Shown here: positions 1-9,297 of the stretch, piece after piece
Numbering within the stretch: the stretch's first letter is position 1
Layout of the letters: the number at the start of each line of letters is the position of its first letter
The notes under the pieces: model-generated
Databases searched by the model: none
What the model was told of the DNA's origin: nothing
Seen by the model: the letters and a program-made list of their open reading frames with translations, nothing else
Assembly (NCBI GenBank): GCA_965662845.1
Contig: CBFIJD010000004.1
Coordinates: 33,281-97,280, forward strand
DNA: 64,000 nucleotides
Reading direction: 5' to 3'
Source of the DNA: an uncultured bacterium
GTDB taxonomy: Bacteria > SAR324 > NAC60-12
Translations under genes and position numbers: made by a program

Positions 1-264
1 GCACCTGCGGGGAAAGTGACGCTCGGCTTCCGCGCCGAGGACGCGACGCTCCGCGAGACCGGCTCGCTGCGTGGACCGATCTACACGATTGAGATGCTCG
101 GCGACGCCACGATGGTCACGCTGCGCATCGCGGGGGCGCTGGTCACGGTCAAAATGCCGAAAGACTTCCGCGCCGAAATTGGAGACCCTGCGGCGATTGC
201 CGTCGCGCCTGAAGACTGTCATTTGTTTGATTTTGAGAGCGGTCAGCGCCTGCCGACCCCATAA
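1..264 (+). CDS. ABC transporter ATP-binding protein, C-terminal TOBE domain (5'-truncated by window edge)
   Basis: Frame is open from base 1. The pattern 'LGFRAED...IEMLGDATMV...HLFDFESGQRL' is the typical MalK/UgpC C-terminus. Lies directly upstream of a binding protein and two permeases. Confidence 0.85.
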   Translation, partial: APAGKVTLGFRAEDATLRETGSLRGPIYTIEMLGDATMVTLRIAGALVTVKMPKDFRAEIGDPAAIAVAPEDCHLFDFESGQRLPTP

Positions 265-290
265 CTGTCAACCCTGTCGATGAGGTTCAT

Positions 291-1508
291 ATGTTGAAGA
301 AATTCCTATCCATCGCCGCCGTCTTCACGTCGCTTGTCGCGGCTCCGCTGAGCGCTACCGCAGACTGTGACTTCCGCCCGAGCAGCGAGCTTCGCATGCT
401 CTCCAACAGCTTTGAGGCGTGGAAAGCTGTCTCTGACGCCATGGCAGCGTGTGGCAACTTTAAGCCCGAGCTGGACACCGAGTTCCGTGAGAAGCAGCCC
501 GAAGCCTTCGCCGCGAACCCGTCGCTGTATCACCTCGGCGGTGTCACGAACTCAACAATTCAGCCGCTGTTGGACGCCGGCACGATCCGCCCCCTCGACG
601 AGTATGTGCAGAAGTACGGGCAACAGCTCACTGCCAACCAGCTCATCAAAATTGACGGCAAGACCATGGCCGTCGCGATGATGGTCAACAACCAGCACCT
701 GATGTATCGCCAGGATATCTTCCAGGCGCTCAACATCCCCGTGCCGACAACCTACTTTGAACTCCTCGCGGCTGCAGACAAAATCAAGGCTTCTGGCAAA
801 GTCGAATACGCGCTGGGTGGAACCTACAAAGCGGGATGGAACCTCGCAGAAGAGTTCGTGAACATGTACCTCGGGCTAGGCGGAGAGTTCTTTGATGGTA
901 ACCAAGCTGCGATCAACAACGCGCAAGGCGTCCGCGCCTTAGAGATGATGCGCAACCTCACGCACTACATGGACCCTGAATATTTGGTCTCCGACTCAAC
1001 CTATGTGCAGCAGCAATTTCAGCAGGGCAAAATCGCGATGGGCGTGTTGTGGGCGACCCGCGCCGCTGCGATGAACGACGCGAAAGAGAGTCAAGTCGTA
1101 GGCAAAGTCAAGATGGCCGCTGCGCCGCTCGCTCTCGCTGGCAACCTGCCCGCTTCGTCCCTCTGGTGGGACGGCATCGTGATCGCGAAGAACATCTCAG
1201 ACCAAGAGGCCGAGGAAGCCTTTCAGTTGGCCATGGAAGGCCTCGACACCGAGATGGTCCAAGCGCACAACGACGCTGCGGTCTGGCTGATTCAAGGGTA
1301 TCGCCCAGGTGAGCTGGCCGCCGGCGCTGCTGCGACTGCCGAAAACGGCGCGCGGCCCTATCCCACCGGCTCGGCGATGGGGCTGATGCACACCGCACTC
1401 GGCAATAACATCGCTGATTTTCTCACAGGCAAAGAGACCGCCGAGCAGACGCTACGTGACATCGAAGCCGCTTACACCGCCGCTGCCCGTGAGAAGGGCT
1501 TGCTCTAA
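291..1508 (+). CDS. Carbohydrate-type (CUT1) ABC transporter substrate-binding protein
   Basis: Signal peptide (MLKKFLSIAAVFTSLVAAPLSATA), GAGG RBS, 405 aa, SBP_bac_1-like motifs (LMYRQDIF, FQQGKIAM); ABC operon context. Confidence 0.85.
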   Translation: MLKKFLSIAAVFTSLVAAPLSATADCDFRPSSELRMLSNSFEAWKAVSDAMAACGNFKPELDTEFREKQPEAFAANPSLYHLGGVTNSTIQPLLDAGTIRPLDEYVQKYGQQLTANQLIKIDGKTMAVAMMVNNQHLMYRQDIFQALNIPVPTTYFELLAAADKIKASGKVEYALGGTYKAGWNLAEEFVNMYLGLGGEFFDGNQAAINNAQGVRALEMMRNLTHYMDPEYLVSDSTYVQQQFQQGKIAMGVLWATRAAAMNDAKESQVVGKVKMAAAPLALAGNLPASSLWWDGIVIAKNISDQEAEEAFQLAMEGLDTEMVQAHNDAAVWLIQGYRPGELAAGAAATAENGARPYPTGSAMGLMHTALGNNIADFLTGKETAEQTLRDIEAAYTAAAREKGLL

Positions 1509-1526
1509 TCTTCGTCGTCAAGCCTC

Positions 1527-2552
1527 GTGAAACTACGCACTTTCCTCTTCTTCGTCGCGCCGTCTCTGCTGCTGATGAGCGCCTTCATCGCGGGGCCACT
1601 CTTCAGCGTGGCGTGGCAGAGCTTTCATGTCACGCAGCCCGTCTTTGAGACGGTCGAAGTTGAGGTCTGTACGCCTGGGTTTTTGCAGCCCATCTGCAAG
1701 ACAGAAGCCCGCACGCAGCCGGTGTTGGACGACGCTGGGAAGATCATTACCGAGACCAAGTTTGTGGGCTGGGAGAGCTATCGGAACCTGCTCCACCCAG
1801 AGGTCGCGCTGACCGCGCTCCAGCAGGGGCAGTGGGACGCGCTGCTCAACCTAGACTTTTACAAAGCGCTGCGGTTCACCCTGACCTTCACTTTGGTGAC
1901 GCTGCCCTTCGTGTTGGTGGTCGGGTTGCTGGTCGCGCTAGCGGTGAACCAGGCGACGCGGGCGCTCCGTGGACCGATCATCTTTGTGTCGCTGCTGCCT
2001 TTCATCATCACGCCGGTGATCGGAGCGCTCTCGATCCGCTGGCTGTTCGTGGGGGACGGCATCCTCACGGCTTTCCTTGAGTGGTGGCTAGCGCGAGACA
2101 TCGCCCTGTTCGCTCAAGGCTGGACGATCGAGCTGCTGATGCTCTTCTACCGCGTGTGGCACGTCGCGCCGTTCGCGTTTGTTGTGTTCTATGCGGGACT
2201 CCAGACTGTTAACCAAGACACGCTGGAGAGCGCGATTGTGGACGGAGCCTCCCGTTGGCAGCGCATGCGCTATGTGATTTTGCCGCATCTCGCGCCGCTG
2301 GTTGTGTTCATCAGCGTCATTCACTTGATGGATTGCTACCGCGTGTTCGAGGAGGTGATTGGGTTCCGCAGCGAAGCGCATGTCATCTCGTTGCAGTGGC
2401 TCACCTTTGACTTGCTTCGCCCCGACGACAGCGGGAACCGACTCATCAGCAGCGCCTCGGCGTCCTCGATGCTGACGATGGTTGGGATTGTGCTGCTGTT
2501 GATTCCACTGCTACGGCGCACTTGGCGCGATCATCACCAGAGTCGAGGTTAA
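1527..2552 (+). CDS. Carbohydrate ABC transporter permease (MalF/UgpA-like)
   Basis: Multiple TM helices and an EAA loop 'LESAIVDGASRWQ'. Confidence 0.9.
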   Translation: MKLRTFLFFVAPSLLLMSAFIAGPLFSVAWQSFHVTQPVFETVEVEVCTPGFLQPICKTEARTQPVLDDAGKIITETKFVGWESYRNLLHPEVALTALQQGQWDALLNLDFYKALRFTLTFTLVTLPFVLVVGLLVALAVNQATRALRGPIIFVSLLPFIITPVIGALSIRWLFVGDGILTAFLEWWLARDIALFAQGWTIELLMLFYRVWHVAPFAFVVFYAGLQTVNQDTLESAIVDGASRWQRMRYVILPHLAPLVVFISVIHLMDCYRVFEEVIGFRSEAHVISLQWLTFDLLRPDDSGNRLISSASASSMLTMVGIVLLLIPLLRRTWRDHHQSRG

Positions 2553-3692
2553 ATGAGCGAAGCGCCCTTGCCTCGTGCCTTGCGTCCACCGGCGACCTTG
2601 CGTTGGTTCTCTGGAAGTTGCTTAGCCTTTTGGTGTGTGATCGCCGCGTTTCCGCTGTTTTGGATCACCATGATGAGCCTGAAGTTGCCGGTAGACGCCT
2701 TCTCAGAGAACCCGCTTGTCGTGCTTTTGGGACCGAGCACGCGTGAAGCTGGGCCCTCCGTCAGCGCAGCAGACCTCTTGCTCGGCGGCGCGTTTATTTG
2801 GGCGCTGCGCCGCTCGTTTCAGCGGCTTCCGCAGGTCGTAGTGTCTACAGGTTTGCATCCGCTCCTTTGTGGGGCGGCTTGGTTGTGCGGTGGACTGTTG
2901 CTAGCGACCTTGCTCCCAAGCATCGCGCGCGGGTTGGACTTCATCCCGCTGCTGAACACTCCTCTGCTCGGCATTACGCTGGAAAATTTTCGGGCGGTTT
3001 GGGTGGAGCAGGAGTTCACCCGTCAGTTTCTGAACTCTCTGCTCGTCACAGGCGGGGTTGTGAGCATCTCGCTGACGGTTGGGACCTTGGCGGGGTATGG
3101 GATCGCGCGGGCGGGGTCGTCGCTGGCGTTTTGGTTGCTGATGGTCGCGCTGGTGTTTCGCGCGCTGCCTCACTCTGTGCTGGTCTCGGGCTACTTACCG
3201 GTGTTTATCAACTCTGCAGAGCTGCTCCGTCCGCTCTTGGGAGACGCCGCGCCGGTGCTGTACGGCAAACCGTGGGCGATCATCATCGTGTTGGCGTCGA
3301 TCAATCAGCCGTTCACCATCTGGATGTTGCGCTCCTTTTTTCAGAACATCCCACGTGAGCTTGACGAAGCCGCTCGTGTGGATGGTTGCTCCCACATCGG
3401 CGCGTTTGTGCGAGTGATCATGCCGGTGATGTGGCCTGGTGTGATTACCGCAGGGCTGTTCAGTTTTTTGCTGGCCTACAACGACTACTTGGTCGCGGCG
3501 TTGCTGCTCGACATTCAGAATCAAACGATGGTCCCCGCCATTTCGGGGTTCTTTAACCGTGAAACCACCGCCACTGACCAAGTCGAAGCCGTGGCTGCGG
3601 CGGTCTCAATCACCGCGCCCTTGTTTTTGCTCGTGATGATGTTTCAGAAGCAACTTGTCTCCGGTCTCACGCAAGGAGCTGTCAAAGGATGA
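2553..3692 (+). CDS. Carbohydrate ABC transporter permease (MalG/UgpE-like)
   Basis: EAA loop 'IPRELDEAARVDGCS' and typical C-terminus 'QKQLVSGLTQGAVKG'. Confidence 0.9.
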   Translation: MSEAPLPRALRPPATLRWFSGSCLAFWCVIAAFPLFWITMMSLKLPVDAFSENPLVVLLGPSTREAGPSVSAADLLLGGAFIWALRRSFQRLPQVVVSTGLHPLLCGAAWLCGGLLLATLLPSIARGLDFIPLLNTPLLGITLENFRAVWVEQEFTRQFLNSLLVTGGVVSISLTVGTLAGYGIARAGSSLAFWLLMVALVFRALPHSVLVSGYLPVFINSAELLRPLLGDAAPVLYGKPWAIIIVLASINQPFTIWMLRSFFQNIPRELDEAARVDGCSHIGAFVRVIMPVMWPGVITAGLFSFLLAYNDYLVAALLLDIQNQTMVPAISGFFNRETTATDQVEAVAAAVSITAPLFLLVMMFQKQLVSGLTQGAVKG

Positions 3693-4618
3693 GTTTAGAA
3701 ATTGTCCGCTTCGCTGAGCTGATCCCCTGTCGTTCGGCGTTCATCGACGCGCACACGCCGGGTTCTGACCGCAAGGAGAACTACACGATCATTGGCGCAG
3801 GGGTCTCTGAGTCTCCCGACCAGCACGTCCACATCGCCCAAACTCCGGGGTTTAATATCGGAGCGGCCGCGCAACCGGCTGGGTGCACCAACTCCTTGCA
3901 CAGCCACCGCACCGCCGAGGTGTTTCTCATCCACAGCGGCACGTGGCGTTTTTTCTGGGGGCTGTACGGTGACAAAGGCTCCGTCACCGTGAGACCCGGC
4001 GACACCATCAGCTTGCCGACGCACATGTTTCGGGGTTTTGAGAACATCACCCCCCCAACCCCTGAAACGCCAGATGGTTACGGGTTCATGTTCGCGGTCT
4101 TGGGGGGCAACGACGCCGGCGGTGGCGTGGTCTGGGCTCCACAGGTGCTCGAGGCCGCACAGAACCATGGGCTGGTGTTGCTGGAGAATGGCCGCCTGCT
4201 CAACACGAAGCTGGGAGAGACGGCCCCTACGGGCCTGCGCCCCCGCAAAGCGCTGGAGGGCGAAGCGCTCGCGGCGTTCGACCGCAACACCATCCGCGAG
4301 GAGGCCAAGGCGATCGCGCGCCGCGCCCACACCACTGAGTGGATTTTGGGAACCAACGCCGCAGCCAAGCTCCGCGAACGCACAGGCTTTAGCATTCAGC
4401 GCTTGACCTCCGAACACACGCTCTCCCCCGAAGCAGGGCGCCCTTGCGTCGTGATCTGCAACGCGGGCTCGGCCAAGGTCGAGAGCGCCCTGTTAGGAGC
4501 CGGCGATGTGCTGTATGCGGAAGCCGACGCAGCGAATGCGATCTCAGCGGCAGCCAACAGCGAAGTTTTTGTGATCACCCCGACCGATGATCCTGCTGGA
4601 GAAACCACCTACTTGTGA
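3689..4618 (+). CDS. Cupin-domain protein (metal-binding N-terminal cupin plus degenerate second cupin)
   Basis: Cupin motif 1 'SLHSHRTAEVFLIHSGTWRFFWG' and motif 2 'PGDTISLPTHMFRGFEN'; ATGA overlap with the upstream permease. Confidence 0.75.
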   Translation: MSLEIVRFAELIPCRSAFIDAHTPGSDRKENYTIIGAGVSESPDQHVHIAQTPGFNIGAAAQPAGCTNSLHSHRTAEVFLIHSGTWRFFWGLYGDKGSVTVRPGDTISLPTHMFRGFENITPPTPETPDGYGFMFAVLGGNDAGGGVVWAPQVLEAAQNHGLVLLENGRLLNTKLGETAPTGLRPRKALEGEALAAFDRNTIREEAKAIARRAHTTEWILGTNAAAKLRERTGFSIQRLTSEHTLSPEAGRPCVVICNAGSAKVESALLGAGDVLYAEADAANAISAAANSEVFVITPTDDPAGETTYL

Positions 4619-5745
4619 GAAGCCCCATGCCCCTAGCCGTCACGCACGTGGGATCGTTGCCCCGTCGCCAACGCACCGTCGATCAGATCTTTGCCCGAGA
4701 ACGCAACGCGCCGTGGGATCGCGCCACGTTTGATCACATCATGGCGGAGGAAGTCACCGAGACCGTGCGACGCCAAACCGAGGCGGGCGTGAGCATCGTC
4801 AGCGACGGCGAGACCTCCAAGATCTCTTACGCGACCTACGTCAAGGATCGCTACACTGGATTTGATGGTGACAGCCCCCGCCAAGCGCCTGCAGACCTCA
4901 AACAGTTCCCCAGCTTCTTGCAGCGCCTCGCCGACAGCGGCGGCACCCCCACCTACTCCCGCCCTTGCTGCGTGGGCCCTGTGGCGCCCAAGGACGACCA
5001 CGATCTACAAGCCGACATCGCGCATCTCCAAGCGGCGATGCAGCGCTCTGGGGTCGTGGAAGGCTTCCTCAACGCCGCGAGTCCGGGCGTGATCGCTCTG
5101 TTCCTGCCCAATCAGCACTACCCAGACCACGAAAGCTACCTGAACGCGCTGGGGGAAGCCCTCCAGCACGAATACCGCGCCATCATCGACGCCGGGTTGC
5201 AGCTGCAAATTGACTGTCCCGACTTGGCGTTGTCGCGCCACATGCTCTTCATGGACAAGTCAGACGCAGACTTCGTGCGCCTCGCAGATCTGCATGTCAG
5301 CGTACTCAACAACGCGCTCGCAGGGCTGCCCAAAGAGCGCATCCGCCTGCACATCTGCTGGGGCAACTACGAAGGTCCCCACACGTGTGACATCGACATG
5401 GAGCGCGTCTTCTCTACGCTGATGCGTACCCACGCGCAGTACCTCCTGTTTGAGAACGCCAACCCGCGTCATGGCCACGAATGGACCGTCTTCGCCGAAC
5501 GCAGAGCGGAGATCCCTGAAGACAAAGTCCTCGTTCCAGGGGTCGTGGACACAACCACCAACTTTGTGGAGCACCCTCGGTTGGTCACACAGCGGCTGCA
5601 GCGCTTCGTGGAGATTGTCGGACGCGAGCGGGTCGTCGCTGGCACCGACTGTGGCTTCGGGACCTTCGCTGGCTTCGGCGCGGTTGATCCTGAAATCGCG
5701 TATGCCAAATTACAAACCCTCGCACAAGGAGCCGCCGATGTCTGA
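4615..5745 (+). CDS. Cobalamin-independent methionine synthase-like catalytic-domain protein (MetE C-half / epoxyalkane:CoM transferase family)
   Basis: THVGSLPR, SDGE, LQIDCPDL and Zn ligands HIC...E...DCG. At 376 aa it is half the size of MetE. Alternative start is ATG 4627. Confidence 0.85.
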   Translation: MRSPMPLAVTHVGSLPRRQRTVDQIFARERNAPWDRATFDHIMAEEVTETVRRQTEAGVSIVSDGETSKISYATYVKDRYTGFDGDSPRQAPADLKQFPSFLQRLADSGGTPTYSRPCCVGPVAPKDDHDLQADIAHLQAAMQRSGVVEGFLNAASPGVIALFLPNQHYPDHESYLNALGEALQHEYRAIIDAGLQLQIDCPDLALSRHMLFMDKSDADFVRLADLHVSVLNNALAGLPKERIRLHICWGNYEGPHTCDIDMERVFSTLMRTHAQYLLFENANPRHGHEWTVFAERRAEIPEDKVLVPGVVDTTTNFVEHPRLVTQRLQRFVEIVGRERVVAGTDCGFGTFAGFGAVDPEIAYAKLQTLAQGAADV

Positions 5746-6430
5746 GCTCATTTTCGCCGCGATGCGGAAGGTCGACACGCCGACCATCTCCAACGCGTTG
5801 GATGTCATTCTGGGAACGCGCGCTGCCGTCGGCTTCACTCGCTTCCCCACGGTCTGCGCTGATCCACAGCTGCCGCCCGTCGTCGGATATGCTCGCACCG
5901 CCAAGATTCGCGCCGCTTCGGCGCCGTTGTGCTCCCCCGCCGAGGTTCGTGAGCTGCGCCTGCAATACTATGAATTTATGGAAGCCGGAAAACCGCCGGT
6001 CGTGACGGTCATTGAAGACACCGACTGGCCGCACTGCGTGGGGGCGTTTTGGGGGGAAGTCAACACCGCGATTCATAAGGGGCTGGGCGTCGCTGGGGTT
6101 GTCACCAACGGGCTGCTGCGCGACCTGGATGAGCTGGAGCCGGAGTTTCAAGTCATCGCTAGCAATGTCGGCCCGAGCCACGCTTTCGTCCACGTCACTG
6201 AGCTGGACAGTACGGTCAACATCCTCGGCATGACCGTGCGCCCCGGCGACATCATCCACGCCGACCGACACGGTGCGGTCGTGATCGCCCCCGAGCACCT
6301 CGCCGCGATGCCCGCTGCGATCCAAGCCATTCACGACAAAGAAGCCCCGATCCTCGCCGCAGCGCGCGCCGAAGGCTTCTCTGCCGCCAAGTTGCGCGAG
6401 CTTTGGCCCGGCGGCTCTCCCAAACCTTAA
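5738..6430 (+). CDS. RraA/HMG-CHA aldolase family protein
   Basis: DTPTISNAL, GAFWGEVNT, GVVTNGLLRDLD, VRPGDIIHADRHG. Start ATG 5738 follows an AAGGAG RBS; the ORF-track start at 5450 overlaps the previous gene. Confidence 0.85.
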   Translation: MSELIFAAMRKVDTPTISNALDVILGTRAAVGFTRFPTVCADPQLPPVVGYARTAKIRAASAPLCSPAEVRELRLQYYEFMEAGKPPVVTVIEDTDWPHCVGAFWGEVNTAIHKGLGVAGVVTNGLLRDLDELEPEFQVIASNVGPSHAFVHVTELDSTVNILGMTVRPGDIIHADRHGAVVIAPEHLAAMPAAIQAIHDKEAPILAAARAEGFSAAKLRELWPGGSPKP

Positions 6431-6441
6431 CCTGAGCAGCA

Positions 6442-6933
6442 ATGTCCACCACAGAAGCGAACAAACAGCTCGTTGACGATATGTACGACGGCCTCAACCA
6501 GAACGTCTTGGGGCTGATGGAAAAATATTGGAAGGCAGACATGGTCTGGGAAGGACCTGCGGGCATCGGCACCAAGCGTGGCATCGACGCATTTGAGAAC
6601 GACTACCGCAGAGCCTTCATTCACGCCTTTCCTGACAAGCACGCCACCGACCTCGTGCGCATCGCCGAAGGAGACTGGGTCGCAGGCACCGGCTTTCAAG
6701 AAGCCACCTTCGCCAATGCGTGGCTGGGGATCCCTCCGACCAATGAGAAAATTCGCGTCCGCTACATGGACTTCTGGCGCGTTGAGAGAGACGCGACCGG
6801 TGACCCCAAGCTCGCCGAGAATTTAGTCCTGATCGACATCTTGGGCGTGCTGGAGCAAGCCGGATATGACGTCCACAAAGTGCTGAAGTTTGTAGGCTCC
6901 AAGCCGCCCGCGTTTTTTGATGAGGTCACATGA
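6442..6933 (+). CDS. SnoaL-like ester cyclase / NTF2-fold protein (single domain)
   Basis: TEANKQLV, HAFPD, WLGIPPT, MDFWRVE...ENLVLID. Confidence 0.8.
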   Translation: MSTTEANKQLVDDMYDGLNQNVLGLMEKYWKADMVWEGPAGIGTKRGIDAFENDYRRAFIHAFPDKHATDLVRIAEGDWVAGTGFQEATFANAWLGIPPTNEKIRVRYMDFWRVERDATGDPKLAENLVLIDILGVLEQAGYDVHKVLKFVGSKPPAFFDEVT

Positions 6934-7970
6934 GCGCGGTCTCCGCACAAAACCAACAAAACAAACACGCCATTTGGGACTACTGGAACCAGCTGGAACA
7001 AGCCGCGCCTGCCGAGGTCGCTGCGCTGACGCGCGCCTATCAGCGAGGCGACGCTGTGTGGCAGGGCTTCGACCCGCTGAACCGCCTCCCCAACGCAGAA
7101 GCCTTCGCCGACACGTTCTGGAATCCGCTCAACGCCTCGCTTCCCGACCTCAAGCGTGAGACGCACATCTTCATGGGCGGAGCGTCCAGCGGAAACGTCG
7201 ATGGCAGACCAGACGGACAACTTTGGGTCGGAGGGACGGGGTTATTCCACGGCACCTTCGAGCGGGACTGGCTCCTCGGCGGCGTCACGATTCCCGCCAA
7301 CGGACAGCGCGTCGCGATACGCTGGGGCGAGTTTCACCGCATGGAAGAGGGCCGCATCGCGGCGACGTACTGCCTGCTCGACCTTGTGGACTTTCTCAGT
7401 CAAATCGGCGTTGAAGTCCTCCCACCAGCGCGAGGCGCCAACGGAGTCTGGCCAGCACCTGCCAGCCAAGACGGGGTCATGCTCGCAGCGCAAGACTCCG
7501 CGAGCACAGACGCCAGCCGCGACTTGATTCGGCGCTTTCTGTTTGAAGGGCTCAACGCCTATGATCAGTCAGACCTCAGCAGCATGGGCGTCGCCGCGTT
7601 CTTTGCTCCCCACGTGCAGTGGTATGGTCCGGGAGGGATTGGGGCGTGTCGCAGTTTACGAGAGTTTGAAGACTTCCATCAGCGACCTTGGCTCACAGCC
7701 TACCCCGATCGGCAAGTGCAAGACCTCGACTCGCTCTTCGCGGAGGGGAATTACAGCGCTTCTTCGGGTTGGAAGGCGGTCGTCGCGACCCACTCCGGCC
7801 CCTATTTGGACTGCCCTGCGACTCACCGGCAAGTCACATTCAACGGCATCGACTTCTGGCGCAGTGAGGGCAGCCATTATGTCGAGAACTGGGTCTTTGT
7901 GGACATGCTCCACCTCTTCCGTCAATTTGGGGTAGATCTGTTGGCGCGCGTCATGCCCTCCCCGTCTTGA
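6930..7970 (+). CDS. Ester cyclase with two SnoaL-like domains
   Basis: Two SnoaL-type repeats (SLPDL...IPANG...EFHRMEEGRI; AYPDR...THSGPYLDCPAT...DFWR...ENWVFVD); ATGA overlap. Confidence 0.8.
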   Translation: MSAVSAQNQQNKHAIWDYWNQLEQAAPAEVAALTRAYQRGDAVWQGFDPLNRLPNAEAFADTFWNPLNASLPDLKRETHIFMGGASSGNVDGRPDGQLWVGGTGLFHGTFERDWLLGGVTIPANGQRVAIRWGEFHRMEEGRIAATYCLLDLVDFLSQIGVEVLPPARGANGVWPAPASQDGVMLAAQDSASTDASRDLIRRFLFEGLNAYDQSDLSSMGVAAFFAPHVQWYGPGGIGACRSLREFEDFHQRPWLTAYPDRQVQDLDSLFAEGNYSASSGWKAVVATHSGPYLDCPATHRQVTFNGIDFWRSEGSHYVENWVFVDMLHLFRQFGVDLLARVMPSPS

Positions 7971-8012
7971 CGCCACGACTCCCGCAACTCTCTCGCTTCC
8001 CACAGGAGACAC

Positions 8013-9290
8013 ATGATTCGTTATCTGAAAGAAGGCATCAGCGCCGAGACGGCGAAAACCAACCACTCCCAAGTCCGCCAGACGGTGGAGCAGATCTTGG
8101 AAGACATTGAGAAGCGTGGCGACGCCGCTGTGCGCGAGCTCGCGCAAAAGTTCGACAAGTGGGAAAAGCCCACCTTCCGCTTGACCGCAGACGAGATCCA
8201 GGCCGCGGTGCAGGCAGTTCCCGAGTCCACCCAAGCAGACATTCGCTTCGCGCAGACGCAGATCCGCAACTTCGCGCAAGTGCAGCGCTCTGCGATCCAA
8301 GACGTGGAGCAAGAGACGCTGCCGGGCGTGATCCTCGGACACAAAAACGTCCCCGTGAACAGCGTGGGTTGCTATGTGCCCGGTGGGAAATATCCCATGG
8401 TCGCCTCAGCGCACATGAGCGTCGTGACCGCCAAAGTGGCTGGCGTCCCGCGGGTGATTGCCTGCGCTCCGCCGTTTCAGGGAGAGCCGCACCCGGCGAT
8501 CATCACCGCGATGCACTTCGGAGGTGCGGATGAAATTTACTGTCTTGGCGGCGTGCAAGCCGTAGGCGCGATGGCGCTTGGAACGGAGTCCATGCAGCCG
8601 GTGGACATGCTCGTGGGGCCTGGGAACGCCTTTGTCGCAGAAGCCAAGCGTCAGCTCTACGGGCGCGTCGGGATCGACCTCTTCGCCGGCCCAACCGAGA
8701 CCTTGATCATCGCCGATGAGAGCTGCGACGCCGAGCTTTGCGCTGCGGATTTGTTAGGGCAAGCCGAACACGGCGTGAACTCGCCGGCGGTGTTGCTGGT
8801 CAACTCCGAGAAGCTGGCTCATGAGACGATGGCAGAAGTCGAACGTCAGCTGAAGGTGCTCCCCACCGGAGAGACAGCAGGAGCCGCGTGGCGCGATTAT
8901 GGACAAGTGATCGTCTGCGACACCGCCGAAGAGATGGTCGCTCAAGCCGACGAGATTGCCTCCGAACACGTCCAAGTCATGACGCGCGACCCGCAATACT
9001 TCCTTGACCACATGACCAACTACGGCGCCTTGTTCCTCGGGCAAGAGACCAACGTGGCCTATGGCGACAAAGTCATCGGCACCAACCACACGCTCCCCAC
9101 GAGCAAAGCCGCGCGCTACACGGGCGGTCTCTGGGTGGGCAAGTTCCTCAAAACTTGCACCTATCAGTGGGTCAAGACGCCAGAAGCCAGCACGCTCATC
9201 GGTGAATACTGCTCTCGGCTTTGCGCGCTAGAGAACTTCGCCGGACACAAAGAACAGGCGGACATCCGCGTCCGTCGCTACAAAAAGTGA
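8013..9290 (+). CDS. Histidinol dehydrogenase homologue (HisD/HpsN-like NAD-dependent 4-electron dehydrogenase), probably catabolic
   Basis: [31 protein letters not shown] and [13 protein letters not shown] (GDK rather than the canonical GDY); AGGAG RBS; no his genes nearby. Confidence 0.85.
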   Translation: MIRYLKEGISAETAKTNHSQVRQTVEQILEDIEKRGDAAVRELAQKFDKWEKPTFRLTADEIQAAVQAVPESTQADIRFAQTQIRNFAQVQRSAIQDVEQETLPGVILGHKNVPVNSVGCYVPGGKYPMVASAHMSVVTAKVAGVPRVIACAPPFQGEPHPAIITAMHFGGADEIYCLGGVQAVGAMALGTESMQPVDMLVGPGNAFVAEAKRQLYGRVGIDLFAGPTETLIIADESCDAELCAADLLGQAEHGVNSPAVLLVNSEKLAHETMAEVERQLKVLPTGETAGAAWRDYGQVIVCDTAEEMVAQADEIASEHVQVMTRDPQYFLDHMTNYGALFLGQETNVAYGDKVIGTNHTLPTSKAARYTGGLWVGKFLKTCTYQWVKTPEASTLIGEYCSRLCALENFAGHKEQADIRVRRYKK

Positions 9291-9297
9291 GGTTGTT

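Noticed and set aside
4615..5745. Calling this gene metE
   Set aside because: It is half the length and lacks the folate-binding half.
8013..9290. Calling this gene biosynthetic hisD
   Set aside because: It has the GDK variant and sits in a catabolic operon with no other his genes, so the symbol is withheld.
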